Shown piece after piece: positions 57,987 to 64,000 of a DNA stretch of 64,000 nucleotides. The stretch spans positions 138,950-202,949 of the forward strand of contig CAZCNP010000001.1 in the NCBI GenBank assembly GCA_964500725.1. Reading direction: 5' to 3'. The position numbers and the translations under genes were made by a program. A model generated the notes under the pieces. The model ran no database searches and was not told the DNA's origin. It saw only the letters and a list, made by a program, of their open reading frames with translations. Within the stretch, counting starts at the first letter, position 1. Each line of letters begins with the position of its first letter. This stretch comes from an uncultured Gammaproteobacteria bacterium. Its GTDB lineage: Bacteria > Patescibacteriota > Microgenomatia > Daviesbacterales > UBA10151.

Positions 57987-60191
57987 CTAAGTTATAGGGG
58001 GTACCCCCTCGCCTGTTTCTCCAGTTTTATCGTTAGAGCTTATTCCGCTATTTCCGCTTTTTCCGCCATCCTCATTTGAATCGTTTGTGCTTAGGGTGTT
58101 TGATTGTTCGATATATTGGTTTAATTTATCTAAATACTTTATTCTTGAATGCGGATGCTGATTAAGGGGATTAAGCTGAAAAAGCTCCTTAGGTCTACCG
58201 CTTGTGATTTCCTTAGTAACCTTAATCCTGTTTATCTTTAATAGAGATGCAATCGAGCTTGAGATTTGTTCTGAGCTCTTATGACCCCCGAAATAATCAT
58301 TAAGTGCAGTTTTAGTCAAACCTTGAGGGTTCTTTTTCAACGCAGTTAAGATTTCATTACCCAAAAGGTCACCAACACTGTTTTGAAAAATATACTCTAG
58401 GGATTCAACCGCATAATCAATTATTGCGACAGCTGCTTTTAAGTGCTCAACTCTAATCTCCTTAGACAGATCTAAAAGGCAATAGAGACAGGCAAGTCTA
58501 ATGGTATAAGGCTCAATCCTTGCTGACATCGCACCAACAAGACCGGGTATATCAGTAGTCAAGTCATGGTATATTTTTGTCCATAGGGGGTTAGCCTCTT
58601 TTGACCACCTAATTTCGTCATTCTTCCACATATCGCCCCACTGGTTTGTTTTGTCTATTTCGTCTGCTGTCCACCCATCCCTATTTTGACCCTGCGCAAA
58701 GAGGACCGCTTTTTTAAGCTGTTCCCTTACTGGTGCCACGTCTTCGTCTATGAGATTTCCTCCATGAGGAAGCTCCTTTGAACGCCTTTGGCAAAACCAT
58801 AGGAATCGGTTGCAGAATCCATTAGCCATCTCTGTCCCTGTGAGATACCGGAGCAACTCATCCCGGGTAATGTGACCAATAATGGCAATATGGGTGTTTG
58901 TAGCTTTAAGCGGCGCATTTCTGGTAAGGGTTCTTAGGTCCCCTCGATCCCAAGCACTCCTAATAATGGGGCTCAGCGTATTACCTTCCCTGGACATAAC
59001 CTTTAAAGTTGATGCAAACTCTTCTTCAACTAAAAGTAGTCGCTTATCTTTTATACCTTCCTCAACCACAATCTCTTCCCCGTCCTTTATTTTTGCTGTA
59101 GCATCTCTAACTGCATTAATTAACCCTTCGCCACTAGAGGACCCGGATACGATATTATTGTTCTCCCATTCTTCGTCAACCTCTCCAAAAAATCTCCGCA
59201 CCCGGTTTAACGCAGTTCCTTTGCGTGCCTTTGAAGTATCACCAACATAAACGGAAAACAGTTTTAGTTTATGCTTTGTTGCCTCAATCTGGAAAAACGG
59301 GCCGTTCCCAATGATAGAACCAAAGACGGTTAAGAAGTTAATAAGTAGCGCAACAGGATCTGACTCTGTATGAGGTTCAACTAACTTTACAAAATCACCT
59401 GCCAGCCCATGATATGCAGCTGGATCAAGAGGAGAGGGCCATTCTATTTCTAGGTTTTCAATATTATTTTCTCTAGATTCTCTTGAGCCTTTTTCTTTAC
59501 TAGCTATAGATTGAAAGGTAGCCCACAATTCCGTCTCAGCTAAGGGCGGCTGATTTTTGAGGTTCCAACCCCTTACTAAATCCCAACAAGAGGTAAGCCA
59601 GTCGCTCTCTGGAAATTTGCTTAGGAGTTTTCCTATAATGGATGCTGCAGATTCGTTTCTTTTGCCCTCGGGTACACCCTTAAGTACTTCGGGATTAAAT
59701 TTTGAAGCTCTTGAATTATTTAAGAACCTTTCTGGAAGCTTGGCAAAATTATTTAAAAAAGGTGTAGTAAGCCATTTGTATTTGTTTCCTGAAGCATGAA
59801 CAGATGGAGCTATTATAATATAACCACCTTCGGCTTTTAGATCGATTCCTGGTTCAATACCATTTTGAGAATGACAATTCCCATTATATTCATAGAGGTA
59901 GTGCCAACCTCCACCGCCGGTCTGAGCCTTAACAGTATCAGTTAAACCTTCGGTTGAGCCTCCATGGCGGGGATCAATATCAACTACAGTAATGCCGGCA
60001 AGTTTACCTGTTACAACACCTATATTCGCCCAAGGCCATAGCGTCCACCAATTTTCTACCTCCTCTATTGTCGGTAGTCTGCCCTGGTAATCTTTCCAAG
60101 ACTCAACGCAGGGTTTTTTGCTGCTTGGGTTTATGGGGATTACCGGCCAGTTTTTTGCGAGGTATTTTACTGCTGCTTCTTTGAGTGTCAT
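57987..60191 (-). CDS. bifunctional primase-polymerase (PrimPol) domain replication protein with DUF3987-like C-terminal region
   Basis: NWPVIPINPSSKKPCVESWKDYQ...WTLWPWANIGVVTGKLAGITVVDIDPRHGG matches the Prim-Pol N-terminal domain; 734 aa. Confidence 0.75.
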   Translation of the reverse strand: MTLKEAAVKYLAKNWPVIPINPSSKKPCVESWKDYQGRLPTIEEVENWWTLWPWANIGVVTGKLAGITVVDIDPRHGGSTEGLTDTVKAQTGGGGWHYLYEYNGNCHSQNGIEPGIDLKAEGGYIIIAPSVHASGNKYKWLTTPFLNNFAKLPERFLNNSRASKFNPEVLKGVPEGKRNESAASIIGKLLSKFPESDWLTSCWDLVRGWNLKNQPPLAETELWATFQSIASKEKGSRESRENNIENLEIEWPSPLDPAAYHGLAGDFVKLVEPHTESDPVALLINFLTVFGSIIGNGPFFQIEATKHKLKLFSVYVGDTSKARKGTALNRVRRFFGEVDEEWENNNIVSGSSSGEGLINAVRDATAKIKDGEEIVVEEGIKDKRLLLVEEEFASTLKVMSREGNTLSPIIRSAWDRGDLRTLTRNAPLKATNTHIAIIGHITRDELLRYLTGTEMANGFCNRFLWFCQRRSKELPHGGNLIDEDVAPVREQLKKAVLFAQGQNRDGWTADEIDKTNQWGDMWKNDEIRWSKEANPLWTKIYHDLTTDIPGLVGAMSARIEPYTIRLACLYCLLDLSKEIRVEHLKAAVAIIDYAVESLEYIFQNSVGDLLGNEILTALKKNPQGLTKTALNDYFGGHKSSEQISSSIASLLKINRIKVTKEITSGRPKELFQLNPLNQHPHSRIKYLDKLNQYIEQSNTLSTNDSNEDGGKSGNSGISSNDKTGETGEGVPPIT

Positions 60192-60415
60192 GGAAGTTTA
60201 ATCTCCTCTAACAGCCTGTTAAACTTGTCCATTAATTCTGAAGTTTGGGGGGCAAAGCGGATGTATCTTTTGCAGCTACCACAGGATTCTTTAATTTGAG
60301 GAATATACTTTATGTACCCTTGGTTATAGGAAATTAATTTGAGAGTAAAAATTCTATCTTCCTCAGCACAATTGGGGCAAGGTTTGGTAGACTCAATTAA
60401 TATAAGATCAGTCAT
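60188..60415 (-). CDS. small zinc-ribbon protein
   Basis: CPNC...CGSC pairs. Confidence 0.4.
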   Translation of the reverse strand: MTDLILIESTKPCPNCAEEDRIFTLKLISYNQGYIKYIPQIKESCGSCKRYIRFAPQTSELMDKFNRLLEEIKLP

Positions 60416-60566
60416 GGCTAATCTCCTTAAATAAACCTACAAGATTGTCGGTAATGATCTTTTGGGTGAGGATAGAAATATTTTTATCCAAATTAGAAGT
60501 TACCCGGAAGCTTTGGGTTCTGTCTTTATTAATTCTTTTAAGCGTTAGGTTATGTTTATTTTGCAT
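60408..60566 (-). CDS. small basic protein (52 aa), candidate recombination directionality factor
   Basis: MQNKHNLTLKRINKDRTQSFRV...; its TGA overlaps the ATG of the downstream gene (ATGACTGA); below the ORF-track size cut-off; call based on position only. Confidence 0.25.
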   Translation of the reverse strand: MQNKHNLTLKRINKDRTQSFRVTSNLDKNISILTQKIITDNLVGLFKEISHD

Positions 60567-60591
60567 ATTATGCTTTTAACTTAAGGTGGTT

Positions 60592-60765
60592 TTATCCTCT
60601 AATCTCCTCTGCTGGAACTAAAATGTATCCCTTGCCATCACAGCCATGACAAATCTGCTTCTGCCAATTCACCCTGCCGAATCCCGCACATACGGGGCAC
60701 TTTTGTGCAATTGATTTTGCTTTTATTTTTTCAATCTTTACTTCGAATTGTTTTTGAAAATCCAT
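60592..60765 (-). CDS. small zinc-finger protein (57 aa)
   Basis: MDFQKQFEVKIEKIKAKSIAQKCPVCAGFGRVNWQKQICHGCDGKGY...; two C-x2-C pairs; below the ORF-track cut-off. Confidence 0.3.
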   Translation of the reverse strand: MDFQKQFEVKIEKIKAKSIAQKCPVCAGFGRVNWQKQICHGCDGKGYILVPAEEIRG

Positions 60766-60787
60766 CTCCTACCTCCTATTTCAGCCC

Positions 60788-60818
60788 ATAAAAAAACCAC
60801 AGGTTTTACCCTGTGGTT
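60788..60818 (-). terminator. rho-independent terminator downstream of the integrase gene
   Basis: On the minus strand, a 9-bp stem AACCACAGG / CCTGTGGTT with a 6-nt loop, followed by TTTTTTTAT. Confidence 0.55.
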
Positions 60819-60890
60819 GCCGGCTGTTTTGCCGGATGACCAGACTAAAAGGACATTAACTTAAAAGTAACTATATGTCAAGAAAGCAAA

Positions 60891-62441
60891 TCAAGCAATG
60901 AAATTAATCTTTACTCTATCTTTCTTGACAATTATACTGCCAATTAAACCTTGCAGAATTCTTCTTTTTATTTCCAGCTGTGCCTTATCAAATTTAGTAG
61001 AAAAGTCTTTTAAAAAAGCTTTCTTCTGCTTTGTCAGAGCTTCTTTGTCTAAGGATTTTGATAGCTTTTCTTCTAATATTGCAAGTTTATTTTTTGCTTC
61101 TTCAATCTGTGCCAAGTTTTCCTCTTTAGCTACGGCATAATCTTGCAGGGTGATAACACTCGCTTCATAGGCTTGCCAGTGTCTTTTCGCAGCCTCTGTA
61201 AGTGTTTCTAGTGTGGCTACAAGGTGTGCTTTTTCCTGTTCCTCCTCCTTCTTGCCATCGTCTGTAGCTCGTTGCATAAATTCCTTATAAATTGCCGGAT
61301 TGTTTACGATTTGTTGAATCTTGGTTATTACAGCACCTTCTAATTTAGTAGCACCCATAATATGACCCTTACATTCAGTTATTCCATTTCCATAACTATA
61401 TGAACTGGCACAATAGTAACTAAAATATGGTTTAGTATTTGGGTATTTTTCTCTTTGCATAAGACTTCTACGGTTTGTTTTATAATAAATATTTCTGCCA
61501 CAATAACCACATTTAGCTAAACCTACCAATAAACCTTTGCTTCCCACTACCCGGCCTCGTAGTGACGTTTTTTGCTTAATTCTTTCCTGTACTTTATTGA
61601 ATAAATCCTCGGCGACAATTACCGGGTGTGTACCTTTAACAAGTATCCATTCTTCTTTAGGAGTGATTAATCTTTTCCCTCGTTTTGTTGGCCTATGGTT
61701 ATGTCTAACATACCCGATAAATACTGGATTTTTGAGTATTCTTTGAATATAAGCACAAGACCATAACTTACCAGTAGGGGAAGGAATTTTGGACTCATTT
61801 AATTCTGTTGCTATCCTTCTGTAGCTATAGTCCCTATTCCCGTACCAATTGAACATATTTCTTATAACTTCTGCTTCTTTTTCATTTTCTGTTACCTTTA
61901 GAATAACTGAGGGATGGATTGATACATATTCTTTGTCGTAGCCATAGGGCACATCATGTAACATTCCCTTTAATGCCCTGTTTTTAGCCCCCTGGCGGAC
62001 TTTGCGTCTTAAGCTTTTAATATCCAAGTCAGCTTTTATGTCTGATATACCCTCATAGATAACACCGGAATCATCTTCGTCTGGATCGTACTTATCAGGT
62101 GGAATCGGTTCTCTCGGTTGATCAATGGAGTAAACCTGTACCAGGCAGTCTTTTAATTGCTCCCTTATAATTGTTGCTGTTGCTCTATCCCTGGCCAATC
62201 TATCAGCATCCCTTACAATTACTAAATCGAATTTACGAAACTTGGCATCTTCAAGAAGTTTCAGGAGTTCTAATCTGTTGGCTATTTCATGCCCTTTTTG
62301 TGTATCCTGGTAGATATTTACTAATTCCCAGCTATGTTCTTGGATAGTCCTCTTAGCTCTTTCTATCTGGTCTTCGTGGCTTCCTTTATCTGATCCGGCT
62401 TGTTCTTCTGTACTAACTCGGGTATAAATTGCAGTTCTCAT
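60891..62441 (-). CDS. large serine recombinase (integrase)
   Basis: MRTAIYTRVSTEEQ catalytic-Ser N-terminus, resolvase domain, recombinase and zinc-ribbon region (CGYCGR...YYCAS), and C-terminal coiled coil. The ORF-track N-terminal extension to 62546 is actually the comM frame on the other strand. Confidence 0.85.
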   Translation of the reverse strand: MRTAIYTRVSTEEQAGSDKGSHEDQIERAKRTIQEHSWELVNIYQDTQKGHEIANRLELLKLLEDAKFRKFDLVIVRDADRLARDRATATIIREQLKDCLVQVYSIDQPREPIPPDKYDPDEDDSGVIYEGISDIKADLDIKSLRRKVRQGAKNRALKGMLHDVPYGYDKEYVSIHPSVILKVTENEKEAEVIRNMFNWYGNRDYSYRRIATELNESKIPSPTGKLWSCAYIQRILKNPVFIGYVRHNHRPTKRGKRLITPKEEWILVKGTHPVIVAEDLFNKVQERIKQKTSLRGRVVGSKGLLVGLAKCGYCGRNIYYKTNRRSLMQREKYPNTKPYFSYYCASSYSYGNGITECKGHIMGATKLEGAVITKIQQIVNNPAIYKEFMQRATDDGKKEEEQEKAHLVATLETLTEAAKRHWQAYEASVITLQDYAVAKEENLAQIEEAKNKLAILEEKLSKSLDKEALTKQKKAFLKDFSTKFDKAQLEIKRRILQGLIGSIIVKKDRVKINFIA

Positions 62442-62444
62442 TAG

Positions 62445-62957
62445 GAGTATTATACCAACAATGTCAACCCCTGTCCCTGCGGCTATCTTGGACATCCAAA
62501 ACGGGAATGTAAATGTTCCGATAAACAAATCGCCAAATACAGACACCGTATTTCCGGACCAATCCTGGACCGTGTTGATCTTTTTGTTCCGGTTTCGGCT
62601 ATTGAATCTGAAAAACTTTCTCTAACCTCCAACAATCAACCCAACCGGATTTCTTCCGAAGAGGCAAAAAAGCAAGTCATAAAGGCGAGAAAAATTCAAA
62701 ATAAGCGTTTTAAAGATGAAGAGAAAAGAAGTCTCTATACAAATTCCCAGATGCGGAATGCCGATGTCAAAAAATACTGTTTTCTGACATCTGAGGCGGA
62801 AAATTTATTAAAACTGGCCGCTGATAAGTTTGATTTTTCAGCCCGGAGCTATTTCCGTCTGATTAAAGTAGCACGCACAATTGCCGATCTTAAAGCCATA
62901 AAAAATATCCTACCCCTACATATGGCTGAAGCCCTCCAATACAAACAGATTATATGA
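62445..62957 (+). pseudogene. comM: comM/yifB 3' portion (Mg-chelatase C-terminal domain) separated from its 5' part by the element
   Basis: The frame reads ...NPCPCGYLGHPKRECKCSDKQIAKYRHRISGPILDRVDLFVPV...SARSYFRLIKVARTIADLKA...HMAEALQYKQII*, the exact continuation of the protein ending NPCP at 53376. Confidence 0.8.
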
Positions 62958-63313
62958 AGCAGGATAACCGAAAGGTCGGATTTTTAGGGGAAAATCTGGC
63001 AGAACAGGCTTTAAAGAACAAGGGTTTTAAGATTTTGGAAAGAAATTTCAGTAATAAGTTTGGAGAAATTGATATTATAGCGCAGGATCATGATACTTTG
63101 GTTTTTATCGAAGTAAAAACCAAAAAGGGCACGAGATTAGGCTTACCTGAGGAAATGATTAATACTTATAAATTAAAAAAAGTTCAAAAAATGGCGGAAG
63201 TGTATTTAAATGGCAAAACCCTGCCCTGCCGCATTGATGTAGTAGCAATCATCCTGTCAGAAGACAATAAGCTTCTGAACCTAAATCACTATCAGGCAGT
63301 TTATCTGAAATAA
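62954..63313 (+). CDS. yraN: YraN-family (UPF0102) endonuclease
   Basis: GENLAEQALKNKGFKILERNF...GEIDIIAQD...FIEVKTKK. Confidence 0.7.
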   Translation: MKQDNRKVGFLGENLAEQALKNKGFKILERNFSNKFGEIDIIAQDHDTLVFIEVKTKKGTRLGLPEEMINTYKLKKVQKMAEVYLNGKTLPCRIDVVAIILSEDNKLLNLNHYQAVYLK

Positions 63314-63318
63314 CAGAT

Positions 63319-63519
63319 TCATTTCTTTGCATGGGTAAATGCAACACTTGCCAAAAGCGCATCTGCCACTACTGCCACAACCACTAACCAGCTAGGAAGG
63401 ACCCATCCTGAAATAGCTGCTTGCCAACCTAAGAGTAAGTAAAATACTCCAAACACAGCTTTGGCACTATATAAAAATCCAACTAATTTTAAAAAGGTAT
63501 TAAGTTTCAAAATTATCAC
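63319..63519 (-). CDS. small hydrophobic protein (uncertain)
   Basis: 66-aa ORF, 2 TM. Confidence 0.3.
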   Translation of the reverse strand: MIILKLNTFLKLVGFLYSAKAVFGVFYLLLGWQAAISGWVLPSWLVVVAVVADALLASVAFTHAKK

Positions 63520-63627
63520 CCCCTTAACATTAAATATATACCTTCACTTAGTTGTAAGTCAATAATAATTACTCACTTATTACTTATCTTTAATGCCCTT
63601 GTAACAGTTTAAGTTTATCTTTGTTTT

Positions 63628-64000
63628 ATGCCTGCTAATAAATTGAAGGCAGCGGATTTTTATAGCAAAATTTTAAATATAATTGTTAAAAGTAAGGTGC
63701 CATTTTTAATTGGCGGAGGGTTTGCAGTTTATAAATATACAAATTTAAGAATGCCTACTAAAGATTTGGATATTTTTTGCAAAGCTGGAGATTTTCCTAA
63801 AATTGTCTCAATTCTAAAAGCAGCTGGTATTAATATAAAAGTATTAGATGAAAGATGGTTAGCCCAAGTCAAAGAGTTCCGCTGCCGTTTTGATTTACTT
63901 TTTTCTTCTCCTAATTATTTAATTTCTGTTGATGATAATTGGTTCAAACATGCCAAAGACAGCAGGCTTTTTGGATTTAAAGTAAAAGTGATGCCTCCGG
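63628..64000 (+). CDS. hypothetical protein, 5' portion (runs off window end)
   Basis: ATG at 63628 opens a frame with no stop to 64000 (MPANKLKAADFYSKILNIIVKSKVPFLIGGGFAVYKYT...); possibly nucleotidyltransferase-like. Confidence 0.4.
   Translation, partial: MPANKLKAADFYSKILNIIVKSKVPFLIGGGFAVYKYTNLRMPTKDLDIFCKAGDFPKIVSILKAAGINIKVLDERWLAQVKEFRCRFDLLFSSPNYLISVDDNWFKHAKDSRLFGFKVKVMPP

Larger units (their letters stand above)
53377..62465. mobile_element. ~9.1-kb integrative element inserted in comM (serine-recombinase type; no structural phage genes seen)
   Basis: Bounded by the two halves of comM. Ends are imperfect inverted repeats GGGGTATACATTGTT (53378-53392) / AACAATGTCAACCCC (62460-62474). 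The flanking core is AATCCCTGCCCA versus AACCCCTGTCCC. The integrase sits 25 bp inside the right end. Confidence 0.75.

Noticed and set aside
62442-62546. N-terminal extension of the integrase in the ORF track (MSVFGDLFIGTFTFPFWMSKIAAGTGVDIVGIILL...)
   Set aside because: Serine recombinases begin at the M..AIYxRVSTxxQ motif (Met at 62441). The upstream 105 nt are the comM C-terminal reading frame on the plus strand and contain the element's att junction.
1-64000. CRISPR arrays, rRNA genes, transposase/IS elements
   Set aside because: No regularly spaced direct repeats, no rRNA-like conserved stretches, and no DDE/IS transposase ORFs were seen. The only recombinase is the serine integrase of the comM element.

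Overview
This 64-kb window is low-GC (about 35-38%), gene-dense, and uses the standard code (TGA, TAA and TAG all act as stops). Most genes have no Shine-Dalgarno sequence. It encodes many small secreted or membrane proteins and a eukaryote-like surface protein. The overall picture suggests a reduced-genome, host-attached bacterium such as a Candidate Phyla Radiation (Patescibacteria) lineage; that assignment is an inference.

Recognisable housekeeping content:
- Translation and ribosome: efp, hisS, rpmE, prfA, prmC, rpsF-ssb-rpsR, ychF, and a tRNA-Leu(CAA).
- Replication and recombination: dnaB, ruvCAB, dprA.
- Envelope: lgt, galU, a ManC-like nucleotidyltransferase, ctp plus htrA, and two EamA transporters.
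- Other: pepN, a speH-like AdoMet decarboxylase, a PRMT-like methyltransferase, a Fic AMPylator, and two MNT/HEPN toxin-antitoxin pairs.

Main non-core features:
1. A roughly 9.1-kb integrative element sits in comM/yifB, which is the clearest result. Both gene halves are present, at 52303-53376 and 62445-62957, and they flank the element. The element carries a large serine recombinase, a PrimPol-type replication protein, two FtsK-gamma winged-helix proteins, an XRE repressor, and secreted CAP and Excalibur proteins. Its ends are imperfect inverted repeats.
2. A plus-strand surface-protein operon spans 3293-8160. Its 1053-aa product combines a hevein-like chitin-binding module, a thrombospondin type-1 (WSxWS) repeat, Cys-rich repeats and FN3-like units. 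Its promoter/5' end and its 3' end are duplicated as a scar at 9636-10059, flanking the toxin-antitoxin cluster.
3. A candidate T-box leader lies upstream of hisS.
4. A compositionally distinct, higher-GC block at 33.95-36.7 kb encodes a secreted DNRLRE/GH-like/metallophosphoesterase protein.
5. An SLH-like surface-protein cluster spans 43-49 kb.

No CRISPR array or rRNA was seen.
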